Source of the DNA: an uncultured Acidobacteriota bacterium
Lineage (GTDB): Bacteria > Acidobacteriota > Blastocatellia > RBC074
Reading direction: 5' to 3'
Assembly: GCA_963796275.1 (NCBI GenBank)
Contig: CAWCKY010000004.1
Location: 1,312,001 to 1,376,000 of the forward strand
DNA: 64,000 bases
Position 1 is the first letter of the stretch, and each line of letters opens with the position of its first letter. A program made the position numbers and the translations under genes. Below the pieces are notes generated by a model. That model was not told where the DNA came from. It was given only the letters and a program-made list of their open reading frames with translations, and searched no databases. Shown in pieces: positions 44,717 to 55,471 of the stretch.

Positions 44717-46196
44717 ATGCCTTTTTGTCCAGATTGTGGAGCGCCCACGACAGTCGGTGACCCTTTTTGTGGTGAATGTGGCGCAAAGCAGGATAATTCA
44801 ATCACCTCCACGGTCGCCCCGCAGAGAGAGGCGCGCACTGGAGTTATTAGCATGACCGGACCCGGAAATACCCCTGCAGGAATCCAACTTGCCCCAGGAA
44901 CACTACTGGTCGAACGATATAAAATCGTCAAGCGCATCGGAGGCGGTGGTATGGGATCGGTCTACCTGGCCGAAGACCAGAATCTGGCTAACCGTCCGGT
45001 CGCTGTCAAAGAGATGATCGAAATGTTCGCCGATGAGAATGCGCGCGGGAAAGCCATCGAAGACTTCAAACGCGAAGCCGAACTTCTCGCCCGGCTCGAT
45101 CATCCTTCTATTCCGACCATCTATCAGTATTTCTTCGACATCAATCGCGGTCGCTATTACCTCGGTCATGAAATACATCGATGGCGGCGACCTGGTGGCG
45201 CGCCAGCGCGCCGCGGGAGGCAAGGTCGATGAGCCGATCGTCACCAAATGGGGAGTCGATACGTGCGACGTTCTCCAATACATCCACTCGCAGGCTCCGC
45301 CGATCATTTATCGCGACCTGAAACCCGCAAACCTTATGATCGACGCACGCGCCAATCGGGTTATGCTGGTAGATTTCGGGATCGCGCGTTTCGTCACCCC
45401 GACGCAAAAAGGAGTGACTGCCATCGGCACCATGGGTTATGCTCCACCCGAGCTTTTTGCGGGCAATGTCGAGCCACGTTCCGATATTTATTCGCTGGGA
45501 GCGACCATGTTTCATCTCCTGACGGGCCAAGACCCGCAGGACAATCCGCTTCTGATTTTCGATTTCGCCAAGAACCCAAAACCGCGGCAGATCAATCCAT
45601 CCATCTCTCCGCAGATGGAAGAGTTGGTCTGCCGCGCCGTGGAACACAAGCCCGAAAACCGATTTGCATCCGCGAAAGCGTTCGGCCAGGCGCTGCAGGA
45701 ACATCTGCGCCACATCCATAACGGCGACGAGTTCCCGGTCGTCAATGCGTTCGAGATGCAGCCCGCATATGGAGCTTTGTTAGTCTGCATCAACTGCGGG
45801 CGCGAACTGGCCGTTGACGATGTCTTCTGCGCCTATTGCGGATTCAGGCAACCGTCGAAGCGTACGACGGCGCGGCTCATCGTCCTGGGGACCAACGAAA
45901 TGTCCGCCCAGTTTCCGCTCAACAGCGATGGCGATAATCTCATCGGGCGGGTGGATCCTAACCGCGGGATAAGGCCGGAAGTTGATTTATCGAAATATGA
46001 CCCGGCGGCGCGCGTCTCGCGCCGTCACGCCAGGATTGTCGTGCAGGGCACTCAGTTCTTCATCGAAGATCTCGGAAGCGCCAACGGCACGGTCATCAAT
46101 GGCTCGACTAAACTCTCCCAGGGGAGCCGCCATCTTTTGTTGAGCGGTGACGAACTCAAACTCGGAGAGACGACGCTCAAGTTCGTGGTTTCGTAA
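44717..46196 (+). CDS. Soluble Hanks-type Ser/Thr kinase with two zinc ribbons and a C-terminal FHA; apparent +1 frameshift near 45164
   Basis: CPDCG..FCGECG; GGGGMGSVY, VAVKE, YRDLKPAN, DFG, GYAPPE; CINCG..FCAYCG; FHA SRRHA/GSANGT. Removing one G in CTCGGTCATG restores YYLVMKYIDGG. Confidence 0.9.
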
Positions 46197-46353
46197 GACT
46201 TGAAATTGCGAAAATGATTACCCATTCACCACAAAAGTCGCTGAGGGCAAAACAGAGCATAAAAGCAAGGAGCGGATACCGCGCGAATCTCCGCGGCATC
46301 CCCATTTTGTGTTATGTCTTGATTGTGATTTTTGCTGGTATTTCTCAAATTTG

Positions 46354-46869
46354 ATGATGTTTCAAGCGACACAAGAGAGAGGCGAATCTTCGTCCGTCCG
46401 GTCGAAAGCTCAGAGCGGAGGCAGGGGGCAGAAACCCAATTATAGTTATGTCACCCTGGCCAGCCTCGGGTTGCGGACCGGCGCGTTCCTGATCGACTAT
46501 ATTCTCACTATGTTGATATTGGCTATCCCTCTCGTGCTCGCCGTATATCTCAAGCGACGCCTGCTCGCCGTCACCGCTGCAAATATCGTTGTCACCCTTG
46601 GTTATCTCATCACGGCAGGTGCGATTTTATACAATCTGGTTTACTCATGCGCGAAGACCGGACAGAGTCTCGGTAAGAGCTTCATCGGCCTGCGCGTGGT
46701 GCGGCTCGATGGAAAGCCGATGGATTACAAGACTGCGCTTACGCGCCATCTCGTCGGCTATCCCGTCTCCGCTCTCTGCCTGGGTCTGGGAATGTTATGG
46801 ATGTTCTGGGACGGTAAACAGCAAGGCTGGCACGACAAACTGGCGAAGACGATAGTGATTAAGGACTGA
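46354..46869 (+). CDS. RDD family membrane protein
   Basis: RTGAFLID, GQSLGK..GLRVV and QGWHDKLAKT motifs. Confidence 0.92.
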   Translation: MMFQATQERGESSSVRSKAQSGGRGQKPNYSYVTLASLGLRTGAFLIDYILTMLILAIPLVLAVYLKRRLLAVTAANIVVTLGYLITAGAILYNLVYSCAKTGQSLGKSFIGLRVVRLDGKPMDYKTALTRHLVGYPVSALCLGLGMLWMFWDGKQQGWHDKLAKTIVIKD

Positions 46870-46873
46870 TCAT

Positions 46874-48661
46874 ATGACGATTACTTATTGTGGGAAATGT
46901 GGGTCCGCCAATGGAAACAGCGCCCGTTATTGTCGACAATGCGGAGTGGAGTTGAGCAGCCAGTCCGGATTCTCCCCGCAATCGACACCCCTCAATGTGG
47001 AATTTTTCCCGAAACCCGGAACGAGAATTGCTAGAAGAGATGCGCAAAAGAACACTTCCTCATCTCAATCGGAACAGATAGTGATCTCCGCGAAGGGATC
47101 GATCTCCGATGACTCATCCTCGAGCGCCATAGAACCGGGGGATGCGGTGCAGGATCCGGTGGCGATCAGCAAATCATTGCGGCGCGTGCGCGCTTCCGGT
47201 TCGTTGATACTGGAAGTCGCCTCCAAGAAAAAACAGGATGAGATGAACGCTATCATTGCAATGGCGATCGAGGGGTTTGAGAAACAGCCCGAACGACCTG
47301 AGGAGACGCAGCAAGCGCCCACATCGACCCGATCGAATCCGGCCTTTGGCGAGTCGAAACAGCGCCCGCTCCCGGCGGCCGGCGTCCAGGTAAAAATTCC
47401 CAACGCGACGCAACCGCTGGAAATGGTGATTTCAACCTTCCAGGCGGTCTGGCGCAAAGCCGTCGATCTGATGACGACCTCATCGCCCCTTTCGGATTCC
47501 GGCACCACTGCCTCGGGCGGAGGTCCCATATATCCCAACGGTCCCTCTATCGTCCTCGCTCAGGCGTCCGGACTGAATACCAAACGCAACCTCAGTCCCA
47601 AGCTGATAGCCGGATTGATCGTGATCGCGCTGCTGATCAGCGTCGGCTTCTACCAGCTTATTCGAGATCGGCTGCTCTCTCCCGACCAATCTCTTAGTTC
47701 GGAGCGGGAACTGCAGAGTGCGGAAGAACAGAGCGTGAGGTACGTTCAACTCGGCAAGAACGCAAGCGAGAAGGGGCAATACGATGCCGCGATCGCAAAT
47801 TTCAGGACGGCACTCTCGATGACTCCCAACAAGTCGGACCTGGTCTTCATGATCGCGCAGACGCACTCATCAGCCGGCCAGACCGAAGAAGCGTTGAGAA
47901 CATACAAGGCAGTGCTGCGGATCGATCCGGAACATCTGCAGGCGCGTTTGAATGTGGCCCTGATCCATCGAGCTCGGGGAAACTGGAACGCAGCTTATGA
48001 GGAGTTCAAGCGCATCATCGCGCTCGATCAGAACAGCGAGGAAGCGAACGTAGCGTTAACGGCTATCGAAGCATATCAGGCAGACAGCGCGCAACCGCCG
48101 CCGCCCATCGTTACCACTGCGCGGCGTTCACGCGCGACATCGAGGAAAACTCTCGTACTTCCGCCGGCCACCACGGCGCGATCACAGCTAACGTTCTTTT
48201 CACCGGAAGTTCCCGCCACGCAGATCATCCGGCCCCCCGCCGCTTTGGGCAGCGATAACAAGGAAGACAACCCTGACCCGCGGGGCATCGCGGAATCCCG
48301 TAGGAATCTCGGTCTCCGTTTTCTCCAGGTTAGATTATATCGCGCTGCGATCAACGAATTTTTGGCCACGCTCCGGCTGACGCCGGACGATAAAGACATC
48401 TATTATTTCATGGCAACGGCTTTTTCCGGACTCGGGCAGCCTGAACAGGCGCACGATTACTACAAGCGCGTCGACCGAGGCCAGTACCTGCAAATCTCGC
48501 AAACCGGGGCGCGCAAGACCGAGAAGGCGGCGCGCGAAGCAGCGAAGAGGCGCGCAGAAATGTTGAAGAATGACCTCGAGAGCGAACAACAGAGTGAAGT
48601 CAGACAAGTGCCCGGAGGGAGCAATCCCTTCAGTAAAGCGCTCATGAATATCTTTAAATAA
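46874..48661 (+). CDS. Zinc ribbon, single TM and TPR protein
   Basis: CGKCG...YCRQCG; TM segment LIAGLIVIALLISVGFY; several TPRs. Confidence 0.88.
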   Translation: MTITYCGKCGSANGNSARYCRQCGVELSSQSGFSPQSTPLNVEFFPKPGTRIARRDAQKNTSSSQSEQIVISAKGSISDDSSSSAIEPGDAVQDPVAISKSLRRVRASGSLILEVASKKKQDEMNAIIAMAIEGFEKQPERPEETQQAPTSTRSNPAFGESKQRPLPAAGVQVKIPNATQPLEMVISTFQAVWRKAVDLMTTSSPLSDSGTTASGGGPIYPNGPSIVLAQASGLNTKRNLSPKLIAGLIVIALLISVGFYQLIRDRLLSPDQSLSSERELQSAEEQSVRYVQLGKNASEKGQYDAAIANFRTALSMTPNKSDLVFMIAQTHSSAGQTEEALRTYKAVLRIDPEHLQARLNVALIHRARGNWNAAYEEFKRIIALDQNSEEANVALTAIEAYQADSAQPPPPIVTTARRSRATSRKTLVLPPATTARSQLTFFSPEVPATQIIRPPAALGSDNKEDNPDPRGIAESRRNLGLRFLQVRLYRAAINEFLATLRLTPDDKDIYYFMATAFSGLGQPEQAHDYYKRVDRGQYLQISQTGARKTEKAAREAAKRRAEMLKNDLESEQQSEVRQVPGGSNPFSKALMNIFK

Positions 48662-48668
48662 GCGAAAA

Positions 48669-50408
48669 GTGCCACGACTGATTGTCAGAGCTACACCATC
48701 ACACGGCGACTCCGTCGTCGAATTGTCGAGATTGCGAACAACTATTGGCCGCTCGGCGCGCAATGACCTATGCGTGGAAGACCCGTTCGCATCGCGACTC
48801 CACGCGGAGGTGCGGAGACGCGGCGACAATTTCTGGATAAGTGACCTGGGGAGCGCCAACGGCACGACGGTCAACGGAGCGCGTCTGACGAATGTCCCGG
48901 CACAACTCCACGATCGCGATATCGTTAGCATCGGTGAAACCGAGATCGAATATTCTGAACGCGCCGATACCGCCCCGGCACGTGGGCGCACGAGCATACT
49001 CTATTCCGATTCGCCCATCGCCCCCACCCCCGAAGCGACGATCTCGGCGAGTTCCCGCAATTCGGCTGCCAACCTCCTCTCCTCTCTCGAAGTCTCGCAG
49101 CGGACGCAGGTGAGGGCCGCCGGCGCAGTCCACGCCGTCCAGGATGATACGCTAGCGGTCATCAGCGATGTCAGCGTGAAGCTCCTCTCGCCTCTCTCAC
49201 TCGATGAAACTTTGAAACAGGTTCTGGAATACGTCTTCAAGGCTGTGCCCGCTGACCGCGGGTACGTTATGCTGCTCGAAACTCCAGAGAACAACGCAAA
49301 GGCCGAGCCTGAACTGGTCTGTAAGGCGATGAAGACCCGAACGGCGACCACCGAGACGGAGACCGACGTCCAGCTCAGCCGCTCGATCACCGAGCAGGTG
49401 ATAAAACAGGGCATCTCCGTGCTCACCTCTGATGCGCTGCAGGATCCGCGATTTCAGGAGCGCAGTTCGGTCATGCTCAGCGGTATCCATTCAGTAATGG
49501 CCGTGCCGCTAGCAGTCGAGAGCCGTATCTCAGGGATGATCTATGTCGACAATCCGCTGCACACCAATCGCTTCACCAAGCGCGACCTACAATTGCTGAC
49601 CTACATTGCCGGAGTCGCTGCCATCCGCATCGAAAATATGAGGTTGCTCGAAGTACAGCAGGAACAGAAGCGGCTGGCTAACGAGCTGGCCTTGGCCAGT
49701 GAGATCCAACTGCGCCTGCATCCCGAGATCCCGCCGTCGCTTCCCGGCTATGAACTGATCGGCCTAAGTTTCCCCTGCTATGAGGTGGGCGGCGATTATT
49801 ACGACTTCATCGAGCAGCGCGATGGACGCTGCGTAATCGCACTCGGCGATGTCTCCGGCAAAGGAACGGCGGCTGCTCTACTCATGTCATCAGTACACGC
49901 CGCAGTGCGAGCGCACACGAGGACGAGGCTTTCCGCCGGTGAAGTCGTCAGCGAAATCAATCTGTATATCTACGACAATACGCCGGCGAACCGCTTCGTC
50001 ACACTCTTTTACAGCGAACTCGATCCCCGCACGCACCAGTTGACCTATATCAACGCGGGCCATAATTCTCCGCTCCTCGTTCGCGCGAGCGGAGAAGTAA
50101 CGCGTCTCGACATCGGCGGATTCCCTCTGGGGATAACCGAGTTCGGCGATTATCGCGAAGGGTGGGTGGAACTCGAGATGGGAGACGTATTGGTCATATA
50201 CTCCGACGGCGCGAGCGAGAGCCTCAACGAGCAGGGCGAGGAGTTCGGCGAGGCCCGTTTGATCGATCTCGTCCAGAAGAACCGCGGCCGGACAGCCGCC
50301 GGGCTGCGTGATCGCATTGACGAAGCGCTCACCAAATTCGTCGGAAAAGCCAAGACCGTCGATGACCTAACACTCGTGATATTAAAACGAAAGAGCCAGG
50401 ATGAATGA
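48669..50408 (+). CDS. FHA-GAF-SpoIIE (PP2C/RsbU-like) phosphatase
   Basis: IGRS...SRLHA...GSANGT; GAF SVMAVPL..GMIYVD; VGGDYYD, GDVSGKG, NAGH, YSDG and DDLT. Confidence 0.93.
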   Translation: MPRLIVRATPSHGDSVVELSRLRTTIGRSARNDLCVEDPFASRLHAEVRRRGDNFWISDLGSANGTTVNGARLTNVPAQLHDRDIVSIGETEIEYSERADTAPARGRTSILYSDSPIAPTPEATISASSRNSAANLLSSLEVSQRTQVRAAGAVHAVQDDTLAVISDVSVKLLSPLSLDETLKQVLEYVFKAVPADRGYVMLLETPENNAKAEPELVCKAMKTRTATTETETDVQLSRSITEQVIKQGISVLTSDALQDPRFQERSSVMLSGIHSVMAVPLAVESRISGMIYVDNPLHTNRFTKRDLQLLTYIAGVAAIRIENMRLLEVQQEQKRLANELALASEIQLRLHPEIPPSLPGYELIGLSFPCYEVGGDYYDFIEQRDGRCVIALGDVSGKGTAAALLMSSVHAAVRAHTRTRLSAGEVVSEINLYIYDNTPANRFVTLFYSELDPRTHQLTYINAGHNSPLLVRASGEVTRLDIGGFPLGITEFGDYREGWVELEMGDVLVIYSDGASESLNEQGEEFGEARLIDLVQKNRGRTAAGLRDRIDEALTKFVGKAKTVDDLTLVILKRKSQDE

Positions 50409-51636
50409 ACTGAAACAGATCATCTTCATACCGCTCCTCTCACTTCTGCCATGCGTCTTGTGGCTGTGGTATTTCTCGAGCCGCAGTCTGTACAAGCGTC
50501 CATCGATTCGCGTCCTGGGTGTGACATTCATCCTCGGAGCGGTGGCCACGGTCCCTGCTCTCTTTCTCAACCTGGAAGGCCAGAAGTTTTTCCGCGAGCA
50601 TCTCGGCGAAAGCCAGCTCTCGCATATTCTCGTGCTTTTATTCATCGTCGGGCCGGTGGAAGAGCTGGTCAAACTTCTGGTGGTTTATCTCTACGCTTAT
50701 CGAAAGCCTCAATTCGACGAACCGCTCGATGGTGTAATCTTCAGCGCCACCGCGGCGCTGGGATTCGCTGCGGTAGAGAATGTGGTCTATCTGGGACAGC
50801 ACGATCCAATGCTCGTTCTGTTGCGCGGCCCGCTTTCGAACCCGGGTCACGCGCTCTTTTCGGCGCTCTGGGGATTGAGCCTGAGCCGTGCGAAGGCGGC
50901 GCCCAATCTGGTGCGCACGCGTTTCCCGATCATCGCCGGCGGTCTGCTGCTTGCTTCGGTGCTTCATTCTCTCTTCGATATCCTACTTATTGCATCATCG
51001 AGATGGAGCATCGTCTTTTTCGGAATACTCGTGGCGGTAATGGCAGGCCTCTTCTTCTGGGTGCGTTCTCGCATCAGATTCCATACGGAAACATCGCCGC
51101 ACCGGGAAGGGACGCTCCTGATGCCGCTCTGGCGCTATTGCCAGGAATGTGGGGCGAGGGGAACGGCTGGCATGCGCTGCACGAAATGCGGCGGCTTCAT
51201 CCCGGAGCCCGACGAATTGCAGCTCTGTCCTGTCTGTTCGACAATGCAGCGACCGGGCGCAAAATTCTGTTCGCACTGCGGAGCCAACATCAAACTACCG
51301 GTCAGGGAGAACCTGGCCACGCGCCCCCACTTCGTCTCGGTCACGCCTGAAGGGCAAGAGCGCATCGCCTACATCATCAACCATAGCGATATAATGATCG
51401 GCCGCACCTTGAATAACGGGTTCGTCATCGAACACCCATCCGTCTCCAAGCGACACGCCCGCATCGTCGTCGAAAATAACGACTACGCGCTCTACGATCT
51501 GGGAAGCAGCAACGGCACGTTCGTCAACGGAAAAAGGATTATGGAGACGAAGCTGCAGGATGGATGCGAGGTGCGGTTCGGCCGCGCACATTATGTCTAT
51601 CGATCACACAAGAGCATGGCGGAAAAAACTGCCTAA
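50401..51636 (+). CDS. PrsW-family intramembrane protease fused to a double zinc ribbon and FHA
   Basis: GPVEELVK, GFAAVEN, PGHALFS and LHSLFD (PrsW motifs); four CxxC pairs; IGR...SKRHA...GSSNGT. Overlaps the upstream stop. Confidence 0.9.
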   Translation: MNELKQIIFIPLLSLLPCVLWLWYFSSRSLYKRPSIRVLGVTFILGAVATVPALFLNLEGQKFFREHLGESQLSHILVLLFIVGPVEELVKLLVVYLYAYRKPQFDEPLDGVIFSATAALGFAAVENVVYLGQHDPMLVLLRGPLSNPGHALFSALWGLSLSRAKAAPNLVRTRFPIIAGGLLLASVLHSLFDILLIASSRWSIVFFGILVAVMAGLFFWVRSRIRFHTETSPHREGTLLMPLWRYCQECGARGTAGMRCTKCGGFIPEPDELQLCPVCSTMQRPGAKFCSHCGANIKLPVRENLATRPHFVSVTPEGQERIAYIINHSDIMIGRTLNNGFVIEHPSVSKRHARIVVENNDYALYDLGSSNGTFVNGKRIMETKLQDGCEVRFGRAHYVYRSHKSMAEKTA

Positions 51637-51687
51637 CCGGAATTCGCCCACAAGAAAAATAAATTAAAAAAAGAAGAGTTTCTGCGT

Positions 51688-52024
51688 TTGGAGTTCCGCG
51701 TTTACGCGGTCTTTCCTCTCCGCACTTGATTTTCCTGACCACCGGAAGGCGCAACTCCCAACATTGAGATCGCGTTCGGAGTTCCGCGTTTACGCGGTCT
51801 TTCCTCTCCGCACTTGATTTTCCTGACTGCCGGAAGGCGCAACTCCCAACATTGAGATCGCGTTCGGAGTTCCGCGTTTACGCGGTCTTTCATCTCCGCA
51901 CTTGATTTTCCTGATCGCCGGAAGGCGCAACTCCCAACATTGAGATCGAGTTCGGAGTTCCGCGTTTACGCGGTCTTTCATCTCCGCACTTGATTTTCCT
52001 GACTGCCGGAAGGCGAACACCCAA
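51688..52024. repeat. Tandem REP-doublet array B: 4 units, 88 bp period
   Basis: GGAGTTCCGCGTTTACGCGGTC at 51690, 51778, 51866, 51954. The partner REP is degenerate (GCCGGAAGGCGCAACTCC). Confidence 0.9.
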
Positions 52025-52147
52025 CTCTCTCGCCTTCGCCTTTTGATTTCTCCTCTACTCTGTTTTACTATCGCGGCATCGTTAATCAGCTGACGACGGC
52101 CACCCCTAGCAGATTCATTTACGGCCATCCCACCTCTGAGGAAACCA

Positions 52148-55100
52148 ATGAACAGTTCTACCATATTGCTGTGCCTATCTCTGTTCTTCTGTCACCTGGA
52201 CGACCTAGATCACGCCAGCTTCGAGGGTTTAGTGACCGAATCTTCAAACAATGCCATCGTCGGAGCGCGTGTGACGCTGCACCACATCGGTAACAACAGC
52301 GAGCGATCGGTGATCACCGATCGGGAAGGCCATTATCGCTTCCCGAAGCTCGCCGCGGGAACATATGTCCTGCGCGTCGAAGCGACGGGATTTCAGAGCG
52401 TGCGATACGAAGGGATCGAGACGATCGCGGGGGTCACACAGCGCCGCGACTTTCGTCTGCAGCCGGCGGTCATCGAAGCTCAGATCACTATCGATGCCTC
52501 GACCGATACATCGATGATCGACACATCGCGGACGGTCGTTGGAGGGACCATTACCGCACAAGAGATCGAGGTGCTTCCCGTTGAAACACGCAACCCGCTC
52601 GACCTCGTCTACGCGTTGGCAGGCACATCGCCGCCGGCGTTCAGCGACCGCGATCTGGCGGAAGGAGACCAATCGGATAACTTCCAGCAAACGCCCGAAG
52701 AGGCCGGCGTATTTTCGCTCAACGGAGGGACGCCTTTTTCCAACAACATAACCATCGAGGGTATGGACAATAACGATGACCGCGGCGCTCGAGAGAGAAT
52801 CAATCTCTCTTCGCATTCCGTCGAAGAGGTACAGGTGATAACCAACCAGTTTTCATCCGAATACGGAAGGGCCTCGGGCGGGCGCGTCAACCTGCGAATA
52901 CGCGGAGGATCGAATAATCTCCGCGGTGAAGCCTTCTATTACTTGCGCGAAGAAAGCCTCAATGCCAATGACTTCAGACGCAATGCCGATCCGGCGCGCG
53001 GCGTTCGCCTCCCCTATCAAAACCATAACCCGGGCGCCAAAATCGGCGGGCCGATCATTCCTGACAGACTTTTTCTCTTCGGCGCTTATGAGTATGACTA
53101 CATCTACGACCGCGCGGAGATCTCGGCACTCCTTCCCGTCGAGACCAACCCCATATTTCCGCTGCCCAGACCTACCGGCGCCAATCTGGGGAGCACCTCG
53201 CATAACAGGATGGGCATCCCTGTCGATGTAAATGGAGGCGCGGCCGTCGGTCTCTACGACCTGCAGGTCACGACGCCACGCACGGCACACACTTTCCAAT
53301 CGCGAGCCGATTTCAAACCGGGAGCGCAGCATGACATATTCGCGATCTACACGCTGGCGCGCAATGTCGATGAGCGCGGCTTCCCCGGCGGGCGGCGCAC
53401 GCTGGACACAATCAGGCGGACCGGCAGAAGCAGCCAATCCATCGCATTTTCAGGGACCTCGGTCGTCACATCCTGGCTGATCAATAGCGCAAAATTTCAA
53501 TTCTCACGGCTAGCACCTGCCGACGCCCCTTCGGATAATGGCCCTGTCATCCTGATCGAGACAGACGATCCGCGCGATGTGGTCGGGCAATCTAGCGCGA
53601 ATCCCTTCACCAGGAGCGGGAGATTGACGGCGGGATCGAGCACGCTCGGCGGAACCGACCGCCGCGAAGAGCGCTATCAGATACAGGAGACGCTTAATTA
53701 CATCCGCGGTGGCCATACCTGGCGCCTCGGCGGAGACTTCCAGAAGATCCGCTCGCGCTTTATAGATATCTCCGATGCGACCGGAACCTTCTCATTCGCG
53801 ACTCCGGCCGATTTTCTCGCCAGCACGCCATCTCGGTACCAGCACCGTTTCAACACCGGTTCGGAACTGCGTAATAGCTATACCGCCATATTTCTGCAGG
53901 ATGATTGGCGGGTTCGCCCACATCTCACTCTCTCGTTGGGGTTACGCTGGGACAATGAAACTATCCTCAAAGACCGCAACAATTTCGGCCCCCGGGTATC
54001 ATTCGCCTGGGATCCCTTCCATACCAGCAGAACCGTGGTGCGCGGAGGTTTTGGGATTTTTTATAACAGAGTTTTGCTGCGCACGCTCGACGATTTTCTT
54101 TTGACCTCGAACACGATCGCGATCGATACGAACAACGAAGCAGCGGAACACCTCTTGACCGAATTGCAATTTCCGAATGCGCTTGCGGCGGATGACCCGA
54201 GAGTCGGCCAGTTGGGAGTGCGTGAATCCGGATTTCTGCGCCGCATTGGCGAAGGCTTCCGCATTCCTGAAAGTTACCAGGCCGCCCTCGGCTTTGAACG
54301 CGAATTCGGAGGCGAATACAAAATAGGGTTAAATTATGTATTCAGTCGCGGTCTTCATTTGTGGCGCGAGATCAATGCGAATGCGCCGCGTCTGCCCGTG
54401 GGATACCGCGATTTCACCGAATATTTGACCGCTCGCGAATTTGATAACACGCGCGACCCGATAACCCGCCGCCGTCCGATCACGGCGACGGGGAACGCCG
54501 ATACCGTACGGTTCAGCCTCAGCCAGGCCCCGAGCCAGGTCGTCAACGAAAACGGCAAGAGGATCGTAGTTATAGGCTTGAACAATACATCGACCAGCAA
54601 CCAATCGATATCGACCGCGGGAGCCCGCGCCGCCATCCGCAATCTCCGCCCTGATCCCACGGTAACTCAGGTAGAGGAACTGCAATCGCGCGGCAACAGC
54701 TACTATCACGGGCTGAATATCGAATTGCAGCGGCGGTTCATCGACCGGGTTTTCTTCCGAGCTTCATACACTCTCAGTAAGTTGATCGACGATGGAGTGG
54801 TCAATACATCCTCACCGCTAGTAAGCGGAAACTTCGTCCGCGAGAGAGCGCCGAGCCTGATGGACGCACGCCATCGGGTTACATTCAGCGGCAGTTATCT
54901 GATCCCACGATATTTCGGCGGAATCAATCTATCGGGGACTTTCACACTTTATTCGGCGCGCCCATTCTCGATCGGGATCAATGGAAATGACAGAAATCTC
55001 GATGACGTGAATAATGACCGGCCGATTTTTGGGGGCGAGGCGGATGAGATCATCTGGAGAGGCACCAGCGAGCCGCTTGACCAGGCTTTAGTCAACGGAT

Positions 55101-55381
55101 TTTCGCTACCTGTGATCGGCACGTCCGGCAATCTGCCGCGGAATGCGGGACGAGGGCCGAGGTCATACACACTCAATTTACGCCTATCGCGCGAGTTCGT
55201 CTTCACTGAAACCCGGACCGCCGAGATACAGGTGGAGGCATTCAATCCATTCAATACGACGGTTTATAGTTTCGGCAGCGAGTTTGTCGATTACACGCCC
55301 GCGAGACTGGGAGACTTCCTGACGCCTCCGCGAACGGTGAAACCGAGAACGATGCGAGTGGGATTGAAGGTGAAGTTTTAA
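52148..55381 (+). CDS. Oar-like TonB-dependent receptor with N-terminal carboxypeptidase-regulatory-like domain
   Basis: Signal peptide; GHYRF..L..GTY.L.VEA.GF; VQVITNQFSSEYGRASGG; FLQDDWRV..LTL.LGLRWD; terminal VKF. Confidence 0.92.
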   Translation: MNSSTILLCLSLFFCHLDDLDHASFEGLVTESSNNAIVGARVTLHHIGNNSERSVITDREGHYRFPKLAAGTYVLRVEATGFQSVRYEGIETIAGVTQRRDFRLQPAVIEAQITIDASTDTSMIDTSRTVVGGTITAQEIEVLPVETRNPLDLVYALAGTSPPAFSDRDLAEGDQSDNFQQTPEEAGVFSLNGGTPFSNNITIEGMDNNDDRGARERINLSSHSVEEVQVITNQFSSEYGRASGGRVNLRIRGGSNNLRGEAFYYLREESLNANDFRRNADPARGVRLPYQNHNPGAKIGGPIIPDRLFLFGAYEYDYIYDRAEISALLPVETNPIFPLPRPTGANLGSTSHNRMGIPVDVNGGAAVGLYDLQVTTPRTAHTFQSRADFKPGAQHDIFAIYTLARNVDERGFPGGRRTLDTIRRTGRSSQSIAFSGTSVVTSWLINSAKFQFSRLAPADAPSDNGPVILIETDDPRDVVGQSSANPFTRSGRLTAGSSTLGGTDRREERYQIQETLNYIRGGHTWRLGGDFQKIRSRFIDISDATGTFSFATPADFLASTPSRYQHRFNTGSELRNSYTAIFLQDDWRVRPHLTLSLGLRWDNETILKDRNNFGPRVSFAWDPFHTSRTVVRGGFGIFYNRVLLRTLDDFLLTSNTIAIDTNNEAAEHLLTELQFPNALAADDPRVGQLGVRESGFLRRIGEGFRIPESYQAALGFEREFGGEYKIGLNYVFSRGLHLWREINANAPRLPVGYRDFTEYLTAREFDNTRDPITRRRPITATGNADTVRFSLSQAPSQVVNENGKRIVVIGLNNTSTSNQSISTAGARAAIRNLRPDPTVTQVEELQSRGNSYYHGLNIELQRRFIDRVFFRASYTLSKLIDDGVVNTSSPLVSGNFVRERAPSLMDARHRVTFSGSYLIPRYFGGINLSGTFTLYSARPFSIGINGNDRNLDDVNNDRPIFGGEADEIIWRGTSEPLDQALVNGFSLPVIGTSGNLPRNAGRGPRSYTLNLRLSREFVFTETRTAEIQVEAFNPFNTTVYSFGSEFVDYTPARLGDFLTPPRTVKPRTMRVGLKVKF

Positions 55382-55471
55382 ACGGGGTGACCAAACTAAG
55401 CCGTAAGCGGTCAATTCCCGGCACTTCTACCCCGGGAACTGACCATAATCACAGCCGCGTAGCTTTAATGT

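Noticed and set aside
45150-45180. Programmed ribosomal frameshift in the kinase
   Set aside because: No slippery heptamer, and similar single-base indels hit two unrelated genes.
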